Source: Basidioascus undulatus (taxonomy: Eukaryota). From it: DNA of 44,644 nt. Below are positions 1 to 16,021 of the stretch, piece after piece. Made by a program: the position numbers and the translations under genes. The DNA lies in contig JTLS01000024.1 of NCBI GenBank assembly GCA_000826855.1, positions 1-44,644 on the forward strand, written 5' to 3'. Position 1 is the stretch's first letter. Every line of letters starts with the position of its first letter. Below the pieces are notes generated by a model, which did not search any database, was not told the DNA's origin, and saw only the letters and a list, made by a program, of their open reading frames with translations.

Positions 1-84
1 CAGCCTCACCTTCCTCCACCCCATCTCCCTCACCCCTTCCTTGCCTCTCTTCCCGATGCTGACCGACCCCCCGACGCACAAAAG

Positions 85-3000
85 GCGAATACAAGCCGTT
101 CGTGCGCAACATCTTTACGCTCAACACGTGCTCGCACATCGTCGGCACCCAGGTGCTCTCGTACGAAGACGAGGCCGCGATGCTCCTCGCCTGGCGCGAC
201 TTTGTCGAGCGCGTCGACCCGGACGTCGTCATCGGGTACAACATCGCCAACTTTGACCTGCCCTACATCCTCGACCGCGCAAAGGCGCTTAGGGTCAAGT
301 CGTTCCCGTTTTTGGGGAGGCTCAAGAGTACGTTCTTTACCGCGCCCTCCGAGTATAGGACAGCAGACAGCAGCAGGTTGGTTGGCTGACCGCGGTGGGT
401 CGGGGGAAAAGATATCAAGACGGAAGCGAAGGATACGCACTTTTCGAGCAAAGCGTACGGCACGCGCGACTCCAAGCACGTCAACATGGAGGGCCGCCTC
501 CAGCTCGACATCCTCCAGGTCATGCAGCGCGAGCACAAACTCCGCTCGTACACGCTAAACTCGGTCTGCGCCCAGTTCCTCGGTGCGTCCACCCTCCTCG
601 TCCGTGCGCTGTGCGGTTAGGGGCTGACGATGGTGGGATGTTGGGGTGGGGTGCGTGCGGTGGACAGGCGAGCAGAAGGAGGACGTCCACCACTCGATCA
701 TCACTGAGCTCCAGAACGGGACGCCCGAGTCGAGGCGGCGCTTGGCGGTGTACTGCTTGAAGGTCCATCCCTTTTCCCTGTCTTTGCTTGCTTCTTCCCG
801 AGAGTTACTCACGTTCAGGGTTTATGTGCAGGACGCCTACCTCCCGCAGCGGCTGATGGACAAGCTCATGTGCCTCGTGAACCAGACCGAGATGGCGCGC
901 GTAACGGGCGTGCCGTTCAACTACCTTCTTCAGAAGGGGCAGTCGATCAAGGTCATGAGCCAGCTGTGCCGGCAGGCCCAGGCGCAGGGGTACTTGGTGC
1001 CCGCACTGAAGGGCGAGGGTGGGTCCGCTTCCTCGTCTTATCCGTTCTTCGGACTCGCTTCGCTTCGGGCTCAATTGCTGATCCGTGAGTGGGGGAAAAT
1101 CAGGATCGGAGGAGCAGTACGAGGGCGCGACGGTTATCGAGCCCCGACGCGGGTACTACGACGTCCCGATCGCGACGCTCGACTTCAGCTCGCTCTACCC
1201 GTCCATCATGATGGCGCACAACCTGTGCTACACGACGCTCCTCGACCCGGCGATGATCGAGCGCCTCGACCTGAAGCTCGACCAGGACTACATCCGCACG
1301 CCGAACAACGGTGCGTGCGGGCTTGCAGTTGTGCATGGAACTAGGTGTGGAAAGGCGGCTGAGGTGGAATCGGGTGGGACAGACTACTTCGTCACGGCCA
1401 AGCGGAGGAAGGGCCTTCTCGCGATCGTCCTCGACGACCTATTGACTGCCCGCAAGAAGGCCAAGGCGGACCTCAAGAAGGAGACGGACCCGTTCAAGCG
1501 CGCCGTGCTCGACGGTCGGCAGCTCGCGCTCAAGGTACGTTCCATCTCACTTTCTCCACGTCCCAGGCTGACAAGAGTGGGCGGCCGAACAGGTCTCGGC
1601 CAACTCGGTGTACGGCTTCACGGGCGCCACTATTGGCAAGCTCCCGTGTCTGCCCATCTCCTCGTCGACCACCGCATACGGTCGGCAGATGATCGAGAAG
1701 ACCAAGGCGGTGCGTCTTCGAGGACGGTGTTGCCGAGGTTGTCTCCGCGTGCGCCTGAACGCTGATCGTTTGATGCGGGGGGTTCAGGAGGTCGAGGCGC
1801 ACTATACGATCGCGAACGGGTTCGAGCACGACGCGGAGGTCGTCTACGGCGATACGGACTCGGTCATGGTCAAGTTTGGGACGGGCGATCTCAAGAAGGC
1901 GATGGACCTCGGTGCGCTATCTTCCCGATTCTCGCCCCCATTCTCATCCACTCTTTGGCTGACTGACACGCTGGGGGGACGGAATGGTGGTCCAGGTGCC
2001 GAAGCGGCCGTGCTCGTCTCTGAGAAGTTCGTCAAGCCCATCAAGCTCGAGTTCGAAAAGGTCTACTTCCCGTACCTCCTCATCAACAAGAAGCGCTACG
2101 CCGGCTTGTACTGGACGCGCCCGGAGAAGTACGACAAGATGGACGCGAAGGGTATCGAGGTGCGCTTCCGACGGTTTCACTTGATCGCAAAACGAAGCTG
2201 ATTGAAGCGCCGCGAGATGGAATGGTAGACTGTTCGACGAGATAACTGTCGACTCGTGCAGACGGTCATCGAAACTTGCTTGCACAAGATGCTCATCGAC
2301 CGGGACGTCAAGGGCGCGGAGGAGTGCGTTTTGCTTCTGTTCATGTGTCGTCGGTACTGCGGAAAGAAGATTATTCGCTTATCGCTGCTGCCCCTCACCT
2401 ACAGCTACGTCAAGAACATCATCTCGGAGCTGCTGCAAAACAAAATCGACATGTCCCAGCTCGTCATCACCAAGGCGCTCGCCAAGGCCGGTGAGTCTTT
2501 CTCTTCCATCTATCCCCTGCTCGCGCTGCTGGAATCTGACGGGAGCGTGGCTCACAGATTACGCGGCGAAGCAAGCGCACGTCGAGCTCGCGGAGCGCAT
2601 GCGCAAGCGCGATGCTGGCTCCGCGCCGGCACTGGGCGACCGCGTCGCGTACGTAATCATCAAGGCGGCGAAAGGTGCGTTTTAGTGCGCGTTCTGTTGG
2701 AATGGAGCAGTAGCTGAGGAATGTTTGGACAGGCGCGGCCGCGTACGAGAAATCCGAGGACCCGCTCTACGTCCTCGAGAACAACATCCCCATCGACACG
2801 CGGTACTACCTCGACAACCAGCTGTCGAAGCCGCTCATGCGCATCTTCGAGCCTATCTTGGGCGACAAGGCAAACTCACTGCTGGCGGGCGATCAGTGCG
2901 TTGTCGTGCTTTGAAGCTTTCAGAAAGCGCTTTCGGGCTGACCGCTTTCTCCGTTGGGTGCAGTACCCGCACAATCACGTTCGTTTTCACTGCGCTTCGT

Positions 3001-3609
3001 GGTTGGACCGGAGTCTGGTTGGTCCTGACGCGATGACGGCCGACAGCGTCGCAACGCCTACCATCGGCGGCTTGATGAAGTTCGCAGTCAAGACGGTGAC
3101 CTGTCTGGGCTGCAAGGCGCCGATCAAGGGCGGCAGTACGTTTTCATGCTTTTCTATCCACCCTCTTCCGCCTATATCCGGACTAGCGCTGACGACGAGC
3201 TTCTTCCCGCAGAGGGCGCCGTCTGCGCAAACTGCAAGCCCCGCATCGGCGAGCTGTACCAGAAGCAGGTTGCGCACGCGTCGGCGCTCCAGCTCCAGTT
3301 CGCGCGACTGTGGACGCAGTGCCAACGGTGTCAGGGGTCGTTGCATCAGGTTTGTCGACCTTTTCATTCGCACAAGCTGTTATGGGGACTGCGAGCGCTG
3401 ATGCCAAACACACTGTCCAGGACGTCCTATGCACGTCGAAGGACTGCCCGATTTTGTGAGTTTTTGTTCCAGTCCCTCTGTATGAGTTTGGCAAAATGGG
3501 ATTCTGATGAAGTTCGCGGACGATCTCCAGCTACATGCGCAAGAAGTCCCAGGTCGAAGCCGGGCAGGCCGTGTCGACCCTCGAGCGCTTCGACCAGGAC
3601 GCTTGGTGA
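85..3609 (+). CDS. POL3: DNA polymerase delta catalytic subunit (multi-exon, 5' part upstream of the window)
   Basis: Spliced exons give family-B polymerase motifs: exonuclease [53 protein letters not shown]-terminal CysA (CLGC..CANC) and CysB (CQRC..CTSKDC) are present. Ends [11 protein letters not shown] at 3609. Introns are GT-AG. Confidence 0.97.
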
Positions 3610-4754
3610 TGATGGGAGGGGCGGGGCACGCACGTTTTGGACATGATGTGGTCTTGCATGACTTTGCCTTATTTTCTCTTTTTTATGACATCACGTATTT
3701 GTACCACTATATCACGCATACAGATACCTACTACTCTTGACGAATCGATGGTGTTCATGCTGTTCGGACCGTTGGTGGGAGAGTAAGGCTGTCCTGCGTA
3801 CCACATTGTCTCTGCTTTGGGAATTATCCTCGACATGCGCTCGGGATTCTTTTCATAAGGTCTGTTACACGAGTCTGGGCCATGGCTGCGTTGGACAAAA
3901 CGCGATGCAATCCGCGGGGTTGCAGCAGATCAAACATGTAAAGCCCTGAGGTTCTTTTACAAGGTTCTCAGAATCCAAGCACCCCAGGGAAGATTAATGA
4001 TCTGTTCCTTGTGATATCTTGGCTTTTCAAGTATGCGCTGGACACATGCATTCAATGCATCAGACGCCCCATGGTTCCAGCAGAACTTCGTAGGCGCCGC
4101 AGGGAGATGCACACCACCCATTCTGATGAACAAAGAACCGCTTCCATTTGCTCAGGTGGGAGGAAACCTGACGCTATTAATATCGAGTGCTTCGATGAGC
4201 AGCAACCCGTCTTGCAGTTCCGCAGGTCGCTGGTTGGCACAACAAAGCTCAACAACGATCACTTTGCATGCAACAGGAAGTGCCGACGCATAGTGTTTCA
4301 TGACGCATAGTCCTGTGTGAGGTCGAACAGCAAATTGGGTACAGGTAAAGGCAGACTGTTGCGCCTATGTGCAGCGACTGGCACGCATGTTGCGAAGGTC
4401 CTTGCCGGCAGGCCCGCGTTCTGCCTTCACCTGTTGCCACCATCCGGACTCTCACACTTTTGAAACACCCTTCGAACTCCAGCGAGAAACGCTCAGCACA
4501 CCACCACCACGAATGCTCCTCGTACGTGCATATATCCGATCATTGCCTTCTTTCTCCTCGGACTCGGCTAAAACCCCCGCTCGTTCGCAGTGCACGACCA
4601 TGCCCGATCGCCCGACTCTCCGCAGAACGAGGCCCTCTTCGACCCAACCCTAAGTCCCGTTTCATCACCCCGACTCTGGCGGCCAAGCAGTCTTCCATCG
4701 CCGCGACCGAGATCCAACTCCAGGAGAAAGAGGGCGAAGGCGCTGAAGGAGCGG

Positions 4755-4817
4755 CGCAAGCTCGAGGATGCGGAGCGCAAGCTCGAGGATGCGCAGCGCA
4801 AGCTCGAGGAGGAGCAG
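4755..4817 (+). repeat. Three copies of a 21-bp tandem repeat (CGCAAGCTCGAGGA...), reading RKLEDAE-RKLEDAQ-RKLEEEQ
   Basis: Units are directly visible at 4755, 4776 and 4797, inside ORF 4590..4937. Confidence 0.85.
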
Positions 4818-5183
4818 GGCCTGTTTCGTTCGTGTAAGCAGCGGTCCACCCAATGTTCCCTTTTTGCTAGTCGTTCGCATTGTGGTGTGCAGCTGAGTGG
4901 GAATGTGGTTCTTCTGCTGTCGAATGCCATTGCCTAGGTTTGTACCGTATAGTATCACGAGTGGGATCCTTGTATATATTACCAGCCGCTCGAAGAGCTC
5001 AACAGTCACTACAGGGAACAGCGTTTCAGAGGGAAGCCGCTGAGAGCTCTCAGCTGAAGGCGAGACAAAAGACTTCTTACGCGCGTGCGATCAATGCTAG
5101 TTTCACAGAACATTCCGCTGATGTATGGTTCTGCGTATGATAACACGATCAAATAGTTTGCATAGATTCCCTCACACATATTC

Positions 5184-8277
<3,094 letters not shown>

Positions 8278-9011
8278 TCAGCCTAAGCGAGCAACCGGCA
8301 TTGTCGTTTCCCGGGTTGAGCGCGGCTAGGGTCGCAGCCATGGTTCGCCGTAGAGAATCATCTGACCCTGATCATCATCATCCTTGTTGCGTGGGTCATT
8401 GCGGCCGCCGTCGAAAGCAATAGTGGACTCGGAAAAGGCGATCAGAGCGGAGTAGCTATGACTTGGCAGCGACCTTTCACGGCTTTCGCGAAAGTGGGAA
8501 GAAGTTGCGAAGTTGCGAAGGTGCGAAGGTGGAGGCCTTTCTTGCCGGTTGAATCCAAAGCTTTCAAAGACTGCAAATGGCTGTGAATATATCGGCTGCA
8601 AGGTCCTCATACAACAACATGGCAGGAACTCCCGCTTCAAGCAGTCAAGCGACGTCGACCAGCGAGTGTCGGGGCGTGGCTCTGCAAAGACAGGCGCAGT
8701 CGCCGCCCAATAGTCATGATGAATTTGGATGAATAAAACGCAACAGATACATCAAGAGTTGATCCAAAATCATCCCCACCGACGCTATTCCGCCCCGTTC
8801 AAGGAACGCCCGGAGGCATGCTCGGCTCGGCCGCGGCAGCCTGCGTTTCCAATGAAGCCCCAGCCTCAGCTATGATCGGTAGGGAGGCAGCTCAACATCC
8901 CGGGCACCTTGTTTGAGGACGCCAGCCCGACAGCGCCCAATACAGCCTTGCCCGTGCGCTTAAAGAGGCTCTGTTGCGCCGGCGGATCGTTCGTCATTTC
9001 TGTTCTCAGCC

Positions 9012-10406
9012 TTACTCGCAGTCACTGACTGCCTTCCAGTCCGTCCATCCATGGGGGCATCCGAGCACGCACTCAGCTCTGCGTATCCGCCCATCTTGAC
9101 GGGGAAGAGAAAGAGAAATCCCGTTTCCTGTGCGCTCGTGTCTTTCAGATTGGAGTGCAACGTGTCGATAAGCAGAAGCACAGCCCACCTTGTGGTATCT
9201 CGCGAGCTTGGCCGCCATGCGCCACTCAGCGACCGCGAGTTCGGCCCGCAGGATGCGCTCAAGTTCGTAGTGCGTGATGGGCTCCATCGTGTCGTGCAGT
9301 GTGAGCGCCGCGACGGCGTCGTCGACCAGAGCGAGGTATCTGAGTGAGTGCGAAGCGGTATGAGTCCCATATTAACCAACAGTCAGAAGGAGACAGACCC
9401 GCGCGTAGAATGCTCGCGTATGTATGACGACCAGCGCGGGGGCGAGTAGTACAGTCTGTGCGTGAGGATCGTCATACATGTTGGGCAGACGTGCGTGTCG
9501 GGCTGGAGAAAGCGCGGGCGAGGGTGATCGGGCGTCTCGGGCGAGTCGTCCTCAGGAATGACGCTCTGAACCGCGGTTTCTTTGTGAACTGCGACAATAA
9601 CAACTTGAGCAGAAAGGAAAGGCAATTGACCTGCAGTGTAATCGACAAGTCTTCCTTGTAGCTCGCGAGCTCGCGCAGCTTATTCTCGCAAGCTGTGCAG
9701 TCGCCACGCGTGAGCAAGCAAGACGATACGACATGGAAGACATGAAGGACTCACACCTCGACAACCGCTTCTTCATCACTCGTCCGAGCGCATCCCATCT
9801 CGGGCTGCCCGCCAAGCCCTTTCCGAGAATCTGCCTCTTCTCCTTCGCCCGTCTCTGCGCGTCCCGCATCTTCTCCGGGTCGCGCACCATCACCGGAGGC
9901 CGACCCACATACTCCACGGCCTGTCGGCGGTGCATCTCTGCAGCGTGCTCTCCCTCGGCATGCTCAGGTGCATGCCCCTCCTCCGTAAAGGTTGACGACG
10001 GCTGGTCAGACGACATGGGCGAACGCTCGCCCTCCGCCGCCGCGGCTGCAGCGGTCTTGCCGCCAAGCGCGCCAGGCAGGTGCAGCGAAAGTGGGATGGG
10101 GGACTTCGCGAGCGGGACAGGGATGTTGAGTTCGGCCTTGTCCGACTCGGACGCGCGCCGCCGCCGCTCGATTTCTTCGCGCCAAACGCACGTGCAGGGC
10201 GCGTCGATGATCGGGCGAGGCGGAACGGTGGTGTCCAGGCGGACCATGAGGCGGGATAGCAGTAGAGCTTCGTTGACGATGTCAGGGCGGTAGAGAAGCG
10301 CGTGAGGATCAGCTGCAAGGGCAGAAGTGGGGATGAGGGCCAGGCGAATGGCTTCGAGGAGAGCGATAAGGATGATCGAGTCCTTTCCAGCGAGGAGGTT
10401 GGCCAT
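9012..10406 (-). CDS. Hypothetical multi-exon protein; both ends uncertain, possibly 5'-truncated
   Basis: Long GC-rich coding-like frame (MANLLAGKDSIILIALLEAIR..) continued across plausible introns (CTACENKLRELASYKEDL; CPTCMTILTHRLYY; YELERILRAELAVAEWR). No family recognised. Confidence 0.45.
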
Positions 10407-10601
10407 GAGTCCCAAGTCAACTCTGCCAAGGTCCCCTCGAAGGGGAAAAGTCAGTCTGGAAGGGTGAAACCGTAATGTGACTGCCCCCGTATCGAGGCAA
10501 ACGGCCTCATCGCGATCGAGGCTATGCGAAGAAAAACGTGTAAAAGCACAACAGGTAGAAATACATCCGCGCGCCAACCCGTCCACCGCCCACGCACCGA
10601 G

Positions 10602-11661
10602 CTACAAAGCATCTCGCACCTGCTCGACCTGCTCCACGCTCCCCATGCTCTCCAGGGTCTCCCGAACCGGCCTTATCCCGCCCTCCTGGACTTGTCTCCC
10701 AGCTTGCCAGTTGAGGTACCCAGCCCGCCCATGGCGCCACGACTCCTCACCCTCCGACGCTGGCGGCAACGCCGCGGAGAGCGGCTGTGCCTCGCGCAGG
10801 GAGAGGAAGCGGTCGTAGGCTGCTTGGAGGCTCGCGCTCGTCGTTGCGTGCGTGTCGGGCAGGGTTGCGAGCGCAGGCTCGAGCGGCGCGAGCGAGGACG
10901 TGTGCGTTCGGACGCGCTCGAGGTGCGAGCGGTAGCGTGTTAGTTGACGTCGCAAGTGCGAATTGAGCTTATACACCTGGGGCAAGGAGAATGTTGTGAG
11001 CGAGCGTAGAATGAGGAGCGGACTGCCGGGCCGGACAGGAGACGCACTTCGAGAAGCTCGGCACGCTTCCGGTTCAGCTCGGCTGCGAGTGCGGCCTCGT
11101 CTTCGGCGGTACCCGAGTGCTCGATGTCGAGATCGGATTGGTAGGGGAGGAGAAGGCGGAGACCGTTGGGGATGGTGAGGATGTTGCGGAAGAGGAAGAG
11201 CTCGAGCTTGTCGACGTTCTTGTCAATGAGGTGCTCGAGGAGAGTTTGGAGGCAGTGGATACCCTAAGAGTATACTCGATTACAAGTGAGTCGCAGCTTT
11301 GGGGGAACAGTGTCTGGCATGCAGACGAACGAGAAGCTGAGAAGGGACGCACGCTTCGGATCTCGTCCTGTATCTCGCCCTCCGTCTCAAGGTCTCCCTC
11401 GCCCTGGTCCTCGAGGATTTTCGCAAAGTAGTCCTCGATAGCATCCATGATGCCTCCCACGGGCTCGTTGAAGTGGTTGACATAGTCATCGGCGAGAGCG
11501 AGGGGTGTGTAGCCGAAATGTTGTGTGAGCAGCTCGGTCTCGTACACAAAGTCCGAGATCGGTGGGGGAGCGGGTTTCGGAGGATGCTGAGGGTGTGCTG
11601 AGGACGTAGAGAGTGTGTTGGCTGCCTGTGGAGCTACTGATGACCTGCGCGTGGCCGGCAT
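10602..11661 (-). CDS. MIS12: Kinetochore protein Mis12/Mtw1 (3 exons)
   Basis: ELLTQHFGYTPLALADDYVNHFN and GIHCLQTLLEHLIDKNVDKLELFLFRNILTIP match the Mis12 domain, followed by a coiled-coil region. Two introns with GTGCGT donors. Confidence 0.85.
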
Positions 11662-12149
11662 CGCGGACGGAAAGAATAAGAGCAAGAAGGGTGTAAGGGG
11701 TGATGGTGGCCGGAAGACAAGACGCGTGAGCCGCGCGCGTGGTTTCTTTGGGCGCGTCCGCGACGCGCATTCCTTGGGCCCAGTGAAGGCATTGTCCGTT
11801 ACCGCGCCACTTTCAGTCACTTCCAGCTTGCAAACCATTGGGAGTGTTAGTATATTTGACAGTAGTTTAAAGGCATCCAGTTATTAATTGCCTTCTACTT
11901 TCCTCACGTCCGTTTAATCGGCATACGGTAATCCTTCCTCCAATGTTCGTGGCTGTCTCGCTATCGCTTCAGCGATTCAATCATCAAGCAAGCGAGCTAG
12001 GACCTCTCCAAATGGGTGCATGTTTAAGGTCTTTCTTACGGCAGATTTCTGAAGGACGCGCAGCCCCCTTTCAACTCAATCGTCTCGCCCAACAAGACCT
12101 CCGTTAAGTCGGGCAAGTTCTTGCACTCTCTTTACGGTCTAGCCTTCTC

Positions 12150-14568
12150 AAAATGCAGCAGCTGTCTGCACCTGTGTATTGTAAAGAGGGATCTTTAACG
12201 CTTCCGGTCGTCTTGAGGGCCTCAGATGTCCTTTCGGCGAGCCGTCAGCGCGCAGAGAGCTGGGCGGGGTTGTCATTAGAGCAACGCTCCTCAAAGCATA
12301 TCAAGCCACCAATCCAAATGCTAGGAGGAAGCTTCCAACAACACCCTGTTCATGAGGTTCGACGAGACTTGAGCAATAAAACGCGCCTGGGACATCATCT
12401 CGTCAGTCCTACTTTTCAGTCTTGAATTGAGAACATGAGCTTTACTGAGTGCAAATAAGAAGTCGATACCGATCATAGAACTGGTAGAAGTGGCCCGTCG
12501 TCAATGAATGATCGAAACAGCAGCGTGCTAGTAGGGCTCACAAACAAACCGCCGGAAACTCCATCACCCAGTATGTGAGTTTGGGGTTGGATGTCGCAAA
12601 GAGAAGAGAGAAAAGTGGCACTCCGGTCGCGCCCATTATGAGGATGTCTGCGGGAGACAGGTTGTCATTACTCCGCTTCAGATTTCGAAAATACGGAAGG
12701 CATACAATACGCTGAAAGGCGTGGTAGCAGAACGGCGACCATGAAGTTGACGAGAATGCCTGACTGGACTTGTTAGCTGCCGCTCCACCAAAACAGTCGT
12801 TCAAGTAGGAGGCGGACTTACCAGTCACAGCCGTAGGCAAAAAGAGCAGCATCGTGTCGATTGGGCTCATAAGCCTCAGCTCTTGATAGTAGACGGTTGC
12901 CCAGTAGAGGAACGCGTTGAAGTCTGCAAATGCCTGTGGACATGAAGAGCTCAGTCGACGCTTCTGCAGGCCCCCACACTAGGTCGAGACATATAAGAAG
13001 ACATATAAGAAAGACGAGGGCGTTGACGATCGAGAGCTTTCCGATCCCGAAGATGGAAAGACGAACGAGCGGGGCACGCCGGCCTTGCCGTGCGAGATGC
13101 CACTCCCAGACGACGAACAGGCCGATCAGAACGATAGTGAGAACCTGCTGTAACAATTGGTGCTCCTCCCAGCGTGTGAAAAAGCCAGACTGTGCGCACG
13201 CAAAACGCGATAATGTAACCCGTTCCCCAGCCCACGACCTGGCCTTGAGCCAGAATCTTGGGAACGATCTCAGTTTCTGCGGAAGAGCATTCCGAGAAGG
13301 GTAATGGCTGATCGGGCTGTATTGTGGCGGACCCTGAGCATAGGGTAACTGCGCTGAGTCCTGGAAGAAAGGATGGTGAGTGCCGGTATGGTGCGAAGGG
13401 CGCTCTCTGACAAACCTGCGAGCACATAGCTAGCAGGCACTTCAGGTCAATGGACAGGCGACGGTCGGAGAAGGAAAGAAACGAGACGCGCAATACACCA
13501 GGCCAATCCACTTTTCCCCGTCATACTGTGTCAAGACGCCGCCCATAACACAGCCGAGAGCGCTTCCGACTGTCGAGGTATTTCAGTCAGCTTCCGGAGA
13601 ACGACAGATTGACGGAGGTCGGCTCCGGAACCTCGGTGAATGACAAATATTGCCCACATACAGGGGAGATATTTAGGTATAGACTCCTTAGATTTTAGAA
13701 CGTACCCAGTGCCGCTGAGAAGGCTGCAAAAGCGATGGAGCGAACCGGCGAGGAGGAGAATTCTCGACCGAGGATACCCATTGCGGCGGGCAGGTAAGCG
13801 CCAGGGCCGATGCTGAAAAGTAAGCTGAGCCTAGTAATCTAGGTGAACACGCATCTTGGAACGCACCCTTGCATCGCCCGGAAGAATATGAGAGAGAAGC
13901 GCGTCGGCGCAAGAGCACAACCAATCGACCAAGAGCTGAACCACGCGCTGGCCGTAGAAAAATCAGTTCTGTTGAATCCCTAGATTTACCCTCATAGTTT
14001 GCGGAGGATACTTACTTTGTCTGTAGATGTCAGCAAGACGCCCCAAGAGAAGGAGTCCACTTCCCGCAGTTATCGCGAACCTGCGCCGAACCGTGTCAGC
14101 GCATTCATAACGTAGATGGGAATGTACTTACGCTGAGACAATCAACTGAAGGTCTGCATTAGCAAATTTGAGCGGTTTTCCTATCGTTTGAAGCGCGATG
14201 TCTGTTGATTGTTGTCAGTAGCATTCACCGACGTCAAGCAACGGGGTCGACGAGAGCACACTTGTTGCTTGGGTTGCGGCGACCTGTTGAGAGGGTCAAA
14301 GTCATTTAAAAATTACTGCAGAGACACCAATGCTTTGACTGACTTACATTGGTGATCATGCTCAAGCGAGCGTGATCACCAGCAAGATAGACTTCGTGAG
14401 GGACTGGTCTTCCACCCTGATTTCCCGAATGGACCCGGTTTCGGTGCGAGCATTTGACTTACTCGCATCAACTGCCTCACTAACCAGGCTCAGCTGGGTG
14501 ACGCTGCGGTGCAGAAGCGGTAGCGTGAAGAACTGGGAGGAGGCATCCGAGTTGTCGAGGGGGTGCAT
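12150..14568 (-). pseudogene. Frameshifted MFS drug:H+ antiporter (DHA2-like); 3' end approximate
   Basis: Exon remnants include LLLLGRLADIY (MFS motif A), FFRAMQG, DWPGV, GWGTGYIIAF, FVVWEWHLA..APLVRLSIF and YWVMEFPA. The frame breaks near 14365 and again around 13880-13960. Confidence 0.75.
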
Positions 14569-15359
14569 GACTTCCCGAGCGAAGTGAAGAACGCCGAGGC
14601 AGGTGCTCTGGTGGCCGAGGATAAAGCCGAAGGGATGAGAAGAGAGGTTGTGTGGGAAAAGAATGTCTGTCGGCAGACGCCTCGCGGTGGATTGTCAGAA
14701 TCGAGGACCGGACACAAGGGAGGGCATGCTGCGCAGCGCAGATATTTCCAGCAAACGCATCGCCAGTCTTCTGGCGGAGTGACGACCAGTTTCATGGTAT
14801 GTCTTCTTGATACCGCGGAATCCCACCGCTAAATCGATATATGATCCTCGACCGGTATGTGCGCTTCGGACCACTTTCAGATCCGCTCCGGGATGGAACG
14901 ATGACATTTACTGATGAATTGCATGCCTGGAGGGCGACTAGAAAAACTCCAAAGAGGATAGCCGAAATAAATAAAGGCCTCCTAACATACAACAGCACTT
15001 GGAAATGCTGGCCGACACGGAGGCGGGGACTGCTCGGAAAACTTCGAGGTGAGTGTGAGAGAACAGTGGTCACTGCTTCAGCACGGATGGAGAGCTGACC
15101 CGGAATGCAAGAGATCGGGAAACATCAGTGGATGAAGACTAAGTGAATGATTTCATGATATGGCTCTGAAAAATATAGATCAAAAACAGCTATTCCTCAT
15201 TACATTGACGGCAGATTGAGGAGCCAGAGGCGAGGTCGTATCCACGGTAGTTCCACAGCTGCCCAAGCTGCGTCAGATTCACAAGAAACGTTCTTTGTGG
15301 CATTTTGCCTTTTTACAGTACCACTTCGCGTTTTTACCACACCTACCATTCATCACAAT

Positions 15360-15602
15360 ACCTTGCCATCTTGCACCCGAGCTTCTTGCGCACATCATCA
15401 GCTATCTCAAGGACGAGCGATTCGTCGAGCTCGGAGAGTCGTCGTGCGCCGGATCGACGAGTTCACTGAGCGTCTCGGGCCAATCCCTGAGCTAGAGCGG
15501 GCGCGCGCGCACCTCAAGGCGGCGCAGCGTGAGCTGGATGGAGTCAACGACGCGCTCAATGATCTCGACAAGCGGCTGAATGAGGAGGCGGGGACCGAGT
15601 GA
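15360..15602 (+). pseudogene. F-box-like fragment followed by a coiled-coil segment in another frame
   Basis: HLAPELLAHIISYLKD resembles an F-box start. The downstream frame reads ERARAHLKAAQRELDGVNDALNDLDKRL. No clear start codon. Confidence 0.35.
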
Positions 15603-16021
15603 GCGCCACCGCGCGCGAGTTTGCGAAACGGCTGGGCAGGCTCCAGAGTGTCGAGCTGCCGCGTTGGAAGGATGCCAATGAGGGGCAACGGCGTTGGGCA
15701 GAGCATCAGATCACGCGTGGAGGGTGGGGCGATTGAGGTGAAGCTTTTTGCGGAGGAGAATCGCGCGAACCCGAACTTCTTTGGTATAGGACTTTTTCAT
15801 GCCATTTCGTCCCTTGAGGCTTGATCTGCTTACGCATGGGATTGTGGAAACCAATATACCGTCCGCGAAGGTCCAATGAAATTTGGCCCAGGCAGCCAAC
15901 AAGCTCTCCGAGATAGCATCTTAGCGACGAGGGAGTGTGTGCGAGAAACGGCATCGGGCTACGGCACACTGTGTGATATCAAGCGTCCAGTTCATTTTGC
16001 CTATATTGCTTCACCCACTTC

